DNA of 64,000 bases from the human T2T-CHM13v2.0 reference genome, Homo sapiens: the NCBI RefSeq assembly GCF_009914755.1, contig NC_060939.1. One strand, 5' to 3'. Within the stretch, counting starts at the first letter, position 1; each line of letters opens with the position of its first letter. Shown here piece by piece: positions 12,913-26,944 of the stretch. The translations under genes were made by a program, and so were the position numbers. The notes beneath the pieces were generated by a model. It was not told the DNA's origin, did no database searches, and saw nothing but the letters and a program-made list of their open reading frames with translations.

Positions 12913-13179
12913 TGGTTGATCTACTACAACAAATTATCACTAAATCCTATCCATAGCTCCAATCCATAGCTCATATTAAACAAATGTAAATATCAGAGTA
13001 TTACAAAGAAATATAGACATGAGTAAAGAGAGGTTTACTTTTTAGTTTTGAAAACTTAAATCTAGTAAATAAGCCATGACAAATATTAAATTAGTATAAT
13101 AAAAAGGAACTGACAAGCAATGTGAATATTATACCTGTAATAATTCCCCATAGACTAATAAAAATATTTTACTTTCATC

Positions 13180-13950
13180 AAGTCCACTAGAGTGGAACTC
13201 TAGCAGGACAGAGATGGCCTTATTGATTTGTTCAGTGTTATGTAGTCAGTCCCTTCAATAGTTCTAGATATATAGTAGGTGCTCAATAAGTACTGAATGG
13301 ATAAATGAATCAAAGGGTTTACATTATTTTATCATCACTTGTTTCTCTTTTCTTACCCTTTCAAAATTATACTTGACTCCTCCTTTCCCATCCACTCCCT
13401 AACTCACTGCAGCATCACTCCATAGGAACTACTTTCAACAGGGACACCACACTGCTGCCAAATCCACTTCCTTCTTTCCAGTCCTCATTGCACTATCCTC
13501 TTTGTAACAAGTAGTACATTTCTCTCTCCACCTTTAAACTCTTTTCTCCCTTTATTTCCTTCACACTTTTCTTGCATCTCCTATGTGTCTCCTCTTAACA
13601 GTCTAAGTACTTGGTAATATAGTTCACTTGCTTGTCTTCGTCTGCTGGTGTTTCCAGGAGTTTCTTAGCTTCCCTTTTTTTTTCCTTGCCCAGTCTCCTG
13701 GGGTAATTACGTCAACCTCCAATGACTTGGACTATAATCTCTGTGCTTAAAAAAATCTTTCAAGGAAGCAAGTGTAGATGGAAAAGAAATATAATTCGAA
13801 GACTGACCCCTGGGACACTTCAACTTTTAAATGATTGGAGGATGAGGATGAATTATCAAAGAAGACTGAGAATACATGGCCAGATATAGTGGAGGAAAAT
13901 CCAGTTATTGTAGTGTCTCAGAATCCAAGAGAATAATTTTAAGGAGCAAC
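13180..13950. mobile_element. Cluster of L2 fragments (both orientations)
   Basis: tagtaggtgctcaataagtactgaatggataaatgaat (3' end, +); actgctgccaaatcc (+); gactgacccctgggacacttcaacttttaa...gtagtgtctcagaatccaagaga (-). Confidence 0.65.
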
Positions 13951-14119
13951 ACTGAAAGGCTTTTATCAACTGGGTAGAGTGGTGATAATGAATCAATGTT
14001 TCCAACCATGGTTGTAGTATTCTGGTAAATTCACATTATTACAAGTGGAATAGCATTTTTGTTTCACTTGTTATTTTTTAAATGCCTAGACGAATAGATA
14101 TACATCAAGAAAACAGTTT

Positions 14120-14400
14120 GGATACACTGAGTTTGAATACTGGCTCTGCCTCTTAATGAGCATAACATGGTGGTAAGAGCTTGGACTCTGGAGCCATATG
14201 GCGTGACTTTAACTCTGGCTCTTTTTGTAAGCAGATGATGTGCTTTTAGGTGAGTTGTTTACATTGTTTATGTTTCCATTTCCGAGTCCATCAAATAGGA
14301 ATAATAATAGTACTTCTTTTATAATGTTGATCTAAAGATTAAATGAGAAAATATACTGGAAAAGCCTAGAACAGTGCGATAAAATAAATTCTTAGTGACT
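14120..14400 (+). mobile_element. MIR fragments (continue at ~16250-16380)
   Basis: gagtttgaatactggctctgcc; ggtaagagcttggactctggagcca...aataggaataataatagtac...gattaaatgag. Confidence 0.7.
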
Positions 14401-14407
14401 GTTTTTC

Positions 14408-16243
14408 TGTTACGGTTTGTCTCTGTGTCCCTACCCAAATGTCACCTTGAATTGTAATAATCCCTGTGGAAGGACCTGGTGGGAGGTAACTGAATCATGG
14501 GGATGGTTTTTTCCCATGCTGTTCTTCTGCTAGTGAATAAATCTCATGAGATCTGATGTTTTCATAAAGGGGAGTTTCTCTGCACATGCTCTCTTGCCTG
14601 CTGCCAGGTAAGATGATGTGTCTTGCTTCCCCTACACCTTCCACCATGATTGTGAGGCCTCCCTGCCCATGTGGAAGTGTGAGTCAATTAAATCTCTTTT
14701 TTTTAGAACAAAACTGGAGGCATCATGCTACCAGAGTTCAAACTATACTACAAGGCCACAGTAACCAAAATACCATGGTACTGGTACCACAACAGATATA
14801 TAGACCAATGGAATAGAACAGAGACCTCAGAAATATCACCACACATCTACAGCCATCTGATCTTCAACAAACCTGACAAAAATAAGCAATGAGAAAAGGA
14901 TTTCCTACTTAATGAATGGTGCCAGGAAAACTGGCTAGCCATATGCAGAAAACTGAAACTGGACCCCTTCCTTAGACCTTATACAAAAATTAACTCAAGA
15001 TGCATAAAGACTTAAATGTAAAATCCCAAACCATAAAAACCCTAGAAGAAAACCTAGGCAATACCATTCAGGACATGGCCTGGGCAAAGACTCATGACTA
15101 AAACACCAAAAGCAATTGCAACAAAAGGCAAAATTGGCAAATGGCATCTAATTAAACTAAAAAGCTTCTGCACAGCAAAAGAAATTATCATCAGAGTGAA
15201 CAGGCACCCTACAGAATAGGAGAAAATTTTTGCAATCTACCCATCAGACAAAGGTCTAATATCCAGAATCTACAAGGAACTTAAACACATTTACAAGAAA
15301 AAAATAAACAGCCTTACCAAAAAGTGGGCAAAGGATATGAACAGACACTTCTCAAGACATTTATGTGGCCAACAAACATATCAAAAGAAGTTCATCATCA
15401 CTGGTCATTAGAGAAACGCAAATCAAAACCACAATAAGATGCCATCTCATGCCAGTTAGAATGGTGATTATTAAAAAGTCAGGAAACAACAGATGCTGGT
15501 AGGCTGTGGAGAAACAGGAACGCTTTTACATTGTTGATGGGAGTGTAAATTAGTTCAACCATTGTGGAAAACAGTGTGGCGATTCCTTAAGGTTCTAGAA
15601 CCAGAAATACCATTTGACCCAACAATCCCATTACTGGGTATGTACCCAAAGGATTATAAATCATTCTACTATAAAGACACATGTACACGTATGTTTATTG
15701 CAGCACTATTTACAATAGCAAAGACTTGGAACCAACTCAGATGCCCAACACTGATAGACAAGATAAAGAAAATGTGGCACATATACACCATGGAATACTA
15801 TGCAGCCATAAAAAGGAATGAGTTCATGTCCTTTGTAGGGACGTGGATGAAGCTGGAAACCATCATTCTCAGCAAACTAACACAGGAACAGAAAAATCAA
15901 ACACTGCATGTCCTCACTCATAAGTGGGAGTCGAACAAAGAGAACACATGGACACAGGGAGGGGAACGTCACACACTGGGCCCTGTCAGTGGCTGGTGGG
16001 GGGCAAGGGGAGGGAGAGCACTAGGACAAATACCTAATGCATGCAGGACTTAAAACCTAAATGTTGGGTTGATAGGTGCAGCAAACCACCATGGCACATG
16101 TATACCTGTATAACAAACATGCATGTTCTGCTCAAGTATCCCAGAACTGAAACAAAACAAAACAAAACAAAAACCCTCTTTTTTAAATAAATTACCCAGT
16201 CTTGGGTATGTCTTTATTAACAACGTAAGAATGGACTAAAACA
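14408..16243 (+). mobile_element. THE1C/D-like MaLR solo LTR (14408-14704 and 16172-16243) interrupted by an L1
   Basis: tgttacggtttgtctctgtgtccctacccaaat...gtgaataaatctcatgagatctgatg...ataaattacccagtcttgggtatgtcttt...ggactaaaaca; 5-bp TSD ttttc/tattc. Confidence 0.9.
14705..16171 (+). mobile_element. 5'-truncated L1PA8-like LINE-1
   Basis: ORF2 C-terminal peptide 15562-; 3'UTR ggacaaatacctaatgcatgcagg..taaaaccta..tgataggtgcagcaaaccacc; (CAAAA)n tail; degenerate TSD aaa(t/c)ctctttttt. Confidence 0.9.
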
Positions 16244-18979
16244 TATTCCATGAATTTGTGTTTCCTCACTTGGACAAGCATAACAAATAATTTCAAACTC
16301 ATAGAGTTATGGTGAAAATCAATCTAGGTAATCCACGTAAAGTGTTCTTGCATGGCAAGACCTCCATATGTATTGGCTGAATTACTGGAAAGTATGTTTA
16401 TCATTTAGCATTGGAGTTAAATGAGCCAGCCACTCGCTTCATTCCTCAATTGAGACTGCTAGTGGTTATGGGGATGTAAGCATTATACAGCCTTAAATTG
16501 TCTTATTCTAAGTCATACATTGTTTAATTTATACTCTTAATGTACCATTGGTTGGCAACAGGAAGCATAAGGGGCATTGATGTGCATGCATTTTCACTGG
16601 ATCTTTGAGGTGCATTCATCTGATCAAAATTCTCACAGAGCACATCAAGGTGTCTCTAGTGCTTTGAAAACCAATGTTAAAAAGATAAAATTCAGTGATG
16701 ATTACATCTAGTTTGATTTTCATTTTGGGGAAATAAACACTATCTTCACAAGCAACATGGTGTTATATGTGGAGAAGTACTTGCAAATGGAATACTGAAA
16801 CCATCTCTCTTACTTCATCTTTTGGAAAAAAAAACTTTAAAAATAAATAGTTTTTTAAGTACCAAATGCAATAATTCAAGACATGAGATCTATAAGGTAA
16901 GGTTTAATTTCATGGCTTAATTTCCATCTGAAATCAATTATTAAATAACGTCTGCCAATTGCAAATGGAAAAAGTAAAATTTGTCTATATGGATTATGAA
17001 TACTATTGAAGGTTATGCTAAATTAACTATATATTATATATGTCATAGTTTACCGATCAAAGATAAAATATCGTTTTTAACCTTAATTCATTTTTTATTG
17101 TCACAATAAAAACTTAAAAAATATTTTGAAAAATCCCAAGGGGTTTTTACAAAATGATATAAGATTATGAAATAAGTTCAAGTGGTAAAAAAGAAAAAGC
17201 TTGGAAAAGCTCTATTTAATAAAAAATCATAGAGGCAGAACTCAGATTCTTGGACCTGGTCTGTTAATTTGGGGATAAATTTGAAATGCCAGTCTTTTGA
17301 GTTTGATTATAGCACTTAATTATGGTAATCACTGCTAACCTTCTCCCACAACCTTGCACTCATCTCCTTGAGAACATATTCTTCAGGAAAGATTTAAGTT
17401 TGCTTTGTAAAACTTGCTGCAACATGCTAGTAATCACAATTCCCTAAGGCTCGCGATTTGTTTTATAAGAAAAAGCTATTAAATTTAAAGAAATGGTGTA
17501 CGTAGACAGTTAACACAGTTGCCTAACACCATGCTGTTCTCCTTACAAGACAAATGCATCCCATTGTTTGTTCCAAATTTTGGGCATATTTTATCTTCTG
17601 TCTTTGAGGATTTTGCAAAATAAGCATATTCAATGGAATATACATTTTAACTAGCCCCAAATTTAAATCCAGGCACTTGCACTAATTTGTTGTGGAATAT
17701 TAGAAACACCTACTTAACCTAGCTTACTTCAGTTTTCTCTACCAGTTACTCATCTATGACACAACACATTTTCCTATGGAGAGTAAAAAGGGATAAGAGT
17801 GGAAAACGTAGTCAAAAGGGAAAAATGAATAGATATAATAAGAGATGGACTTTGCATTTACTGATAATGATGATGCAACATGAATCATATAATGTGAACA
17901 ACTCAACATTCTGTCCCTGAGCTGTAAGTCTCTCTATCTGTTCATCTCTCTAGTTTTGCTAGCTATGTGCTAGATCCTATTAGAGCACTTCACTCAGCAA
18001 GTACCTGACATACAGGGATTCCTTTCCCTTTTCAGCTGTCTCTTCTCATAACACTACATCACCTTTACATCTGTGCACAATACCATAATAGGGAACAAAG
18101 GTCTACTCCACCAATGAATCCAAAAATTGGAATAAAAATAAATCCAGGTATATAGTCAGTTATTTTTCTTGATGGTGTCATGGGAATGATTTCCATTTTA
18201 TCAGTTGGAGGTTACTCTGTAAATATTACTTTCCAGTCAAGCAAATAGGAAAGAATATGTTTTCATTGAAACTGTGTAGCTTGGCTCTGTTTTTGTTTTT
18301 CCCAGCTCTGTAGAGAGAGAGCATTAAATAAAACATACTCTGCCACGTTTGCACACACCACATCCCTCATGTTCTAAAGATACTACATTGTAGAAATGTA
18401 ATTGACTATTGCATGCTTTCCTCTCATACCTTTCCCATAATTTGGAAAAAAGACAAAATCGAATGTGTAGAGTTTACAGAAACCACACCAAAGAAAAGCA
18501 AAGCCTCATAAGTTCAATAAAAATCCTTTTTTCTGGACTTTCTTTATAAAATATTGAAGCAACATTGCATAAGGAGGCTGTTGAATTCTTCCATGACAAA
18601 AACTGTTTCTGAAAGACTATTGTTATCATGAGATCTTCTGAGCATTTTCCTAGAAGTAGAAGCTGAACTTCCTTTTTCAATGGAGATGAGGAGATAGATA
18701 TATGTTAACCAATCTTTAAAGGGGCCATACTTGATTAGACTATGGATGACAGCTCTTTGGAAATCATAGTTGGAAATGGAGGGTTAATAGAGGGAGCGGG
18801 GAGGTCCAACACAGACCACAATTCTTTTAGCTACTCAGTCTCAAAACATTGACATTCCATTTAACTTGTTGCCTTCTTTCATTTTCCTTCTGTAGTCTGT
18901 AGCTACTGCTTGACAATTGCCATTCTTAATATTTTTCATCCTATTTCTTTCAGTGACACAGGCATTAACACATGTATAC

Positions 18980-19412
18980 TGCTTTTGGACTTAATCGTGC
19001 TCTCCTCTCTCCAAATGTAGTTACATTAGGGGTTAAAGTTGAAGCCAATATTTGGCCAATATTGGATTGGACCCAATATTTGGAGATAGGGTCTTAAGGG
19101 AAGTAACTGAGATTAAATGAGATCATAAGGGCAGGGTTCTGATCTCATAAGGTTAGTGTCCTTGTAAGAAAAGACATAGGAGAGGTCATTCTCTCTGCAG
19201 GTGTACACAAGGAGAAAGGCCATATGAGGACACAGTGAGAAGGTGGCCATCTGCAAGTCAGGAAAATAGCCCTCACCAGAAGCAGAACCCTGCTAGACCT
19301 TGATCTTGGACTTCAGGCCACCATAACTATGAGAAAGTGAGAAAATAAATTGCTATTGTTAAAGCTTTCCAGTTCGTGGTATTTGTTACCGCAGCCTGAG
19401 CAGTCTAAGACA
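18980..19412 (+). mobile_element. MLT1A-like MaLR solo LTR
   Basis: tgcttttggacttaat start; gaggacacagtgagaaggtggccatctgcaag, ccttgatcttggacttc, gcagcctgagcagtctaagaca end. Confidence 0.85.
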
Positions 19413-19479
19413 AGGTTAATTACAATATTCCAGAATTAGAGCTATGTATATATTATGCCAGATTTCAAAAAATCTTTGC

Positions 19480-21850
19480 AAAAGCCCTGTGTTAATGAGG
19501 TTTTATTATAGATGAAGACACTGATGTTCTAAGAGGTTAATTCACTGAATTATAAGAACTCAGAACTTAAAGATGTAGGAACTACAATTTGAGCCTTGCT
19601 CTATTTTATAAGTGTGTTTCCTTCATGCTACTGACAATATCACCCTAGGCCAGGCCCTCCTTGTTCAGTGACTTACTTGGTTCACAGCATCTCCCTATAG
19701 CTACCCAGCACTCTTGTTAATTTTGCACACTTGCCAAGTCCTAAATCATCCATTTTGTTGCTTCACTTCCACTGCTCAAGCTCATTTAATGTACCTGTGA
19801 GAGTTCCCAGGACAAGCTCCAAATCCTTTACCAGCTTTTTAAGGTGTGTTCAAAATCTGAGCCCACTTAACTAAAAGGTATGACTATTTTCTCAAAGCTC
19901 AAATGCCAAATTCCAATTCACTTCACTACGTCAAGATTATACTACATTAATTCTTGTATTTATAATCCTATCTATGGTATTCCCTCTCCTGGAAAACACT
20001 TTTCTCATCCCTCCACACACAAAACTTCTACTCATCATCTGAAGACAGACTCAATCCAGGCACTTGTATAAAACTTTTCTTACATCAGTCTATAGTGACC
20101 TCCTACTTAAAACTCTCTAGACTTTTTTGGGCAATTTATTTCTTTTTTGCTATTGGGTTGTGTGTTATTTCCTAGTTGTCTTATGTTTAGGAGGAATTTT
20201 TTCAAAAAGCAGGTGGGGAAGGCAGGGGAACAAAAACTCTTTGAATGCATGCTCAAGTATCTAGCCAACAAATCAAGCAGCCAAGAGATCTACTAATCAA
20301 TACATAGTTACTGAGCACTTACTATGACCTAGGCTTTGCAAAACTGAATGGCATTGGCTCGAAATATATTTTCCTTTCTGTATTTCATGGCTAATTCCAA
20401 TGATGCAAAGACATTCAACAAATGACAATTTATGAAATACATAATGATATCGCTGCTATGTGCTTGAAAACCAAAGAATAGCCAACACAATCTTGTCTTT
20501 GTTCACCAATAACATCAACAAGGAATTGTGACTAGAGTAGGTATTTGATATATGGGAAGACAGCATGGTGTGATGGAAACCATATGGATGTTAGAACAAT
20601 TTAAATCTTACCTCCATCTACTTTGTCCTTTTGTCCTCCCAGATAATGATTAAACTTTTCTAAAGCATAGTTTCCCTATTTAAAGTTTCTATCATAGAGT
20701 CTGGCCCATAGTAAATGCTTAATGAAATGTACTAAATCTCCTAATTGCTATTTGTGTTCATTGAAAATCATTAAATAGAGAGCCTTGTTATCCTGTTAAC
20801 TGTACTCTTTTTATGTTTATTGCTGCCCCAACTTTTCCCTGCTTCAAAGATGAGCAATATGCGTAGCTGGTTCTAACACATGGCCAAAATGCTAGTCTGG
20901 CTTTGAATGGGGCGAGGAGCAGATAATTTGGAGGGGATGTGCTAGAACAAAGGTACTAAATAGAAGGATTGTATGTGATCACTTTTTGTCGCACTCATCA
21001 TCCCTTACAGGAAGAGGCTGATTTGCTGAACTTAGAAAAAAAATGTGACAGCCAATGCTTCAGATGCATTACAATGCTTTGGGAAAAATATAATTAGACA
21101 AAACACCAAGTATCGATGGATTGCATGTTGGGGTGATGCATGTGATTAGAGAATTCATCGCTTTACTTAGTAAGACCTATTAGACCCATTGTTAGTTGTC
21201 TTTTGAATCAAGAGATATAAATGATTATAAAACTGCAAATAACATCCCATTATTTTTAAAATAATGAATGACTGTGAACCAAGGTAGTTCTATTATTTCC
21301 AATGGAAAGATAATTTGAGCTGATACTTAAGGCTCTGCTCAGCATTACATTTGGAAAAGTGCAATTTAATTGGTGTGAGGCAGCGTAGATTTGTGAAAAT
21401 AAATCATGTCAAACACATTTGATTACTCTTTAAAATTAAATTGCTATTGGACCAGCTAGAAGAGGAAACAAGTAAATGCAATACAACTGAATTCTTTTTT
21501 AAGTCGCCTGGCAACATTCCTTATCAGTGTTAAGCATATGGATAGGTTTCAGATAGGTTTATAAGTAATAGTCAAGTGGCAATAGACAATGGGTGCCAAG
21601 GTTGAAGATCTAGAAAGAAACATAGCAATTCTTTGGAATGGCTGGAAAAGCACAAAATGCCAGGAATGGAGGGATAAGCAGACAGTTTCAAGGTCAAATA
21701 TTAGCACTGCCAATTACTGACTTTGTGACAAGTCACAGTCTTTGAAACCTCAAATTTTGGATCTATAAAATAAGAATCATAATAGTTTCTTTCCAGGGTT
21801 CTTGAGAAGAACAAATCCAATGGTTTTAAAGTTCAGGGCTCAACATATAG
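19480..21850. mobile_element. Scattered MIR and L2 fragments
   Basis: MIR cores at ~19480-19630, ~20560-20720, ~21690-21850; L2-like at ~19700-20110; boundaries approximate. Confidence 0.5.
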
Positions 21851-22502
21851 CAGGTTTCCATGGGATGATTTTTCTCACTAGATCTAGACCCTAGGCCACA
21901 AGGTGACTTCCCCTGATCACATAGGACTCTAGGGAGTTTGGGGAAGCAAATACTTCAATATGCTGTCAAGACTGTGGGTAATACTGAGGTCCAAGCTCTG
22001 CTGTACTCTTGAGCCGTTGGTACCTTATATATGTTTCAAGTGTTTTCCTCTCTGTAAATACCTGTCCAAGAGATCAGCACTGTAAAACCCAGCTTAGTTC
22101 TTTGGAAACAGGAAACTTGAGGAAGTTGAAAATCTTTACAAAAATCCTGAGGTAAAAGTTCCAACAAGATCAATGAAAGCCTTTTGGTAAATGAGTTCTG
22201 CAGTACTTTGAACCTCTCTGTGGCAAGATATGGCAAGAAGCCTCATGTATCCACCTTGTCACTGACATCTGTTCTAATTCTCTGCATCGTGCCAGCATTA
22301 TTGGGTGCTTTTCTTGTTTATAGCATTTGTGTCCATGCTTAGTCACTGCCTCCTCTTATAGGAATGTAGGTAAGTCTTACAAGAATATGAATTTTCCAAG
22401 AACTGCTAGCCCTTACAGTTGCTAATCTAGTACGGTTGCTAGCTTAGTGTAGGCACCCAGATAAATATTTGTTGAATGAATTAATAGGTCATGGCAAAGA
22501 AC

Positions 22503-22703
22503 AGGAGTTGGCAAACTATGGCCCACTGGTTAAGTCCAGCCTATGACCTGTTTTGAATGGCCTACAAAGACAGTCATGCTTATTCACATGCTATTGCCTG
22601 TGGCTGCTTTGGTGCTACAGTGGCAGAGTATGTGTTTCCTGATCCACAAAGTCTAAATATTTACTATCTGGCACTTCAGAGAAAAAAAGATTGTCCACTC
22701 TTG
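22503..22703 (+). mobile_element. MER58 (hAT-Charlie) non-autonomous DNA transposon
   Basis: caggagttggcaaactatggccc...tggctgcttt...aaatatttactatctggcac...ttgtccactcttg with degenerate terminal inverted repeats. Confidence 0.85.
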
Positions 22704-22729
22704 ATTCAGAAGATAGAAATCAATACTGT

Positions 22730-22980
22730 GATAGTATCACCATCATCAGAGCAGCTATCACATATGTCTTATATGGACAAGACATTTTAGGTGCTTTCAT
22801 TTGCTCTCTTAACAGCCTTTGCAAGGTGGGTCTTATTTCTGCTGTCTTGCAAATGAGGAAACTGACACCCAGAGAAGTCACTTCTGCAAAGATACAGAGC
22901 TGAGTGCTATCTGAGCTCAAATTCACCCCTGCCCTCCACCTCATCCTTTCTGACTCTATAGCCTTTGATTTTTATACTAA
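22730..22980 (-). mobile_element. MIR
   Basis: tgcaaatgaggaaactgacacccagagaagt...gctcaaattcacccc. Confidence 0.75.
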
Positions 22981-25900
22981 CCTAAGCTACTAATACATTT
23001 TAGTATAGACATTTTAAGTGACCATGAGAATATTGTTAAAATTTTCAGTGTTTCCATTTCCTTGTTTATCATGGATTTAGGGTAGAAATAATTAAAACAA
23101 ACAAAGCAATAATAAAGATGTCCCAGCCTCGTTTTGTAAGTTTGTTGAGCATAAATTGTCTCTCTATTATGTTTCTTTCTTTGCTTGTACTTAGTAGAAG
23201 GGATTACAGAGACGATGTGTACTTTTTTTTTTTTTTAATTTACCACTGACATTAAAACGGAATGTTAAGAAACCCAGCTAGAACCATTTCACAGAATAAA
23301 CACTGAGAGATTAGGCAATTGGGCTTCAAAGTGGAATATGAAACTTAATGTGGCTAAGTGATGCACTTGGGTAGACATAATGCCCAGGCTAAGTACAACT
23401 TAAATGGTGCTTAATTAGTTAATACAGCAGAGAAAAAAAATCCGCCTGTACTCTGAGAATGAACATTTACATTTTGGATTCACTGTGCAGCAGTGATGGA
23501 AAGAGCTAAAATGCTGTCAGCTTGTGTTCAGAGGGCTATTCTATTAGTCCTGGGATACGGGCCTTTTGTAAGGTGCTGATTGGAACACAACAAGGCATCT
23601 GGTCCAATTCCGGACTCATTAAGTAACAAAAAAGATGAGGAGTCTGTTTCCAGGAACTAGATACTTGATTAGTGAAGATAGCAGCAAGGGCTGGAGCTGA
23701 AGCTTAGCCTGCTGAACAGAAGCCTTAAGCACCCTCTGGGATGGGGCTCCTGCCCTCTCCAGCCTCATTCCATGGTTCCCTCCTCTCCTGGTCTGCATGA
23801 TGCGATTTTAACAATTGCCACCCCCTTCCTATGTGATAATGATGTGCACTACAACCCATCCCACAGAAGGGACAATTTAGCTTGTGTGTCTGTTTCCCCA
23901 GGAGAAAGCAAGCTCCTTGAGGCTGGGGTCTTTGTCTTATTTACACAGGCATTACTGGACCCTACACTCCCTTTCCTACTACATAGAATCTTATTTTTGC
24001 CCTTTCCCTTTCTCCTTTTCTTCCACTGAAAGAGAAAGGGAGGCTAAGTATAGCTACATCATTAATTATGAAAGAGTTTGGGGAAGGACAAAGATAGAAA
24101 ATTCAGGCAGCATGTTGATAGAAGAGTTTTACTGGGGAAAAAAATGCTAGGGGTGGAGCAGAAGAGAGCATTGGAATTAGAAAAATGTGTATGTTATGAA
24201 GCGTTGCTGTGGATTGCAAACAGGGCCTCCTTACTTTCTAAAATATACAAATCCATATTTAAGTTGATTTTTAATTAATTATGGCTATGGAAGTGCATTG
24301 CTTTAAACATAATCCCACTCTTGGTCTGGACTGCATGGTTGTTACAATTATAAGTATTACATTGGTATCCCCAGTGCCCATAGAGCACTAGACGGGTTGT
24401 GGAAATTAAAGTATATTTTGAATAAATGAATGAGCAAGAGGGAAAAGAACTGGGTGATGCTAACTAGGGAGTGATCTAATAGAAGACAGAACTGTGCCCC
24501 AATACTCTTCAAAGTGTTTCAGATCAGCATAATAAATTAGTGATGGGAGCCTAAAGCACTGCTCCTTCAGGGTACATAACTCACCAGGACGTGCCTTGGG
24601 AGCTCCTTCAGCCCCAAAGCTAAAGTGAACAGGCTAGAGAGTGTATTTTTTTTTTCCCATGAATCTACTAAAAGAAATCCACTAAAATCAAATAAATCAT
24701 GAAAGAGCTGTAACGTAGACTTGGATTAGAGTTTGCTAATTAAAGAGCATTTGACCAAGTTGAGCATGCGGCTGTTAGAGAGAGTGAAATTATGCCATGC
24801 ATGATGGGTGTCTACGTGTGTCTTTCCTTGAACGCGCACACAAAGGCTGAAAGCATAGGCAACAGGAGAGAAGAATAACCTGTGTCGATAGCTGAACTTT
24901 TACTCTGTCTAGGCAACACATGTGGACACCAGCTATGAGGCATAGGAGTTATAAATATAATTGCTACCACCACTTCCTTCAAAGAATATATAGTGTTAGG
25001 GAAAGGGGTGCATATAAACACAGAATTAATTATGAGGCAATGATAAGGGGCCCAAGAAATACAACCCATGTGCCGTTAAGTTGCAGAGGATGGCAAAGGC
25101 ACATTTTACTGGTGACAGGGATAAAGGAGTTCAAGGCTCAGGTGATATGTGAATCAGAACTCAAGTGTAGTTGAATGTCAGTGGGCTGAGCTGAGAGGGA
25201 AGGGCAGAACACAAGGATGGGAAGCACAGCAAAGACTCAAACAGATCATAAGATAAACTATCAGTGGGAAATTAGCCTGGAAGCAAGGAATTGAAGCAGT
25301 TTAAACTCTAGGGGATTTGGAGCAATGGCTGTCTTATCAAAGCCATGTGTGTGTGCAGATAATCAGGAGCCTGAGTGGTATGAGACATCATGGAGTGGTG
25401 TGAGGTCTATAAGAAACAGAAACAACTAAGATTCAAACGTTTAGAAAAAAAAGTTTACAGACCCTGAATGCCAGCATAACCTTTCAGAGCAGGCATGATT
25501 CAGCTTTCCTGACAAAGTCCTCTACTGTGGAGTAAAGTCGTGACCTTGTTGTCAATAACCCTCTGAAAGTCAACATGGCTCCCAAAAAGAGAAGAAGGCT
25601 TCCTGATGCTTCTAGGCTTCATTGCTTCCCCATTCTACCACGATGTAAAGGGTCCCCTGAAGGGAAACAAGCAGGGAGCATCAAGGGAGGGGCCCCTGCT
25701 CAGCATCCCTCCTATTTGGAGCTTCCTTGTCTGATGTCTCCCAGCAGGCATGCAATCAGTCTGCACTCCAAGTATTTTAAGTGGTGTGCTCACCACTTTA
25801 AATTTTTGGATTATTGAAATTTAGGGTTGCTCAAATAAAGTTAAGTACTTTAATGATCTTCCGTATGACCTTCCTCCTCATCCCACCATGCCTCTGTACT

Positions 25901-26635
25901 CCCTGCCCCCAGCACTTTTGCTGGCCCAGACGTGGGAATGTAATCTGCTTTTAGGAAGGGGAGATGTAAGAAATTGACCTGGCCCAGCAACTTCACTGAT
26001 TTAAGCCTGCAAAGCTGAATGCTGAGAATGGAGTTGTTCTGCTAGGTCTGAAGTCAGAGAATGGGGGAAAATAATCTAAATCCTGCACAGTGAATTAGTG
26101 GCAGAGACCTATGTACCTGTTATTGTTGCTGTTCACTATTTCTATAATGGCAAATTATCCTTATCACCCAGCGGAGAAGTCACAAAGGAAACAGCTCTGA
26201 TGGACTGCTCTTTGGTATTGCAGCTCCTGCCCCTCACACAGCTACAATCTATGGTCTTCTCGTAGAAGCGTTTATACCTGAGTATTTAATACCAAGAAAT
26301 AAGAATTCACAGATTTTTAACTCATAACTGAACTGATCCCATTTTCATGGTGATTTAGTCTTATTTTACCTTTCTTTGGGTCTTTAGCAAATAGAATAGT
26401 TACTGATTGATGTGGAATTGATAATTTGGAATGAAAACTGTATTAAGCTTATTCTCTGAAATTTTTTGAGGAAGAAGATAGCTTGGTGGATCTGTTTTAT
26501 CTGCAAGATTGTGTTACTAAGTAGGGATGGCTGTTGGAATTTAAAGAAAGAAAGAAAGATGAAGGAAAAGCACAGGGAAAATGTATAATTAATGAGTTTT
26601 AATTGATTAGTTTGTGGTTATTGAAATATAAATCA

Positions 26636-26944
<309 letters not shown>

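Noticed and set aside
12389-12919. Pro/Ser/Leu/Phe-rich and Glu/Gly/Arg-rich ORFs
   Set aside because: Artefacts of a stop-poor polypyrimidine tract
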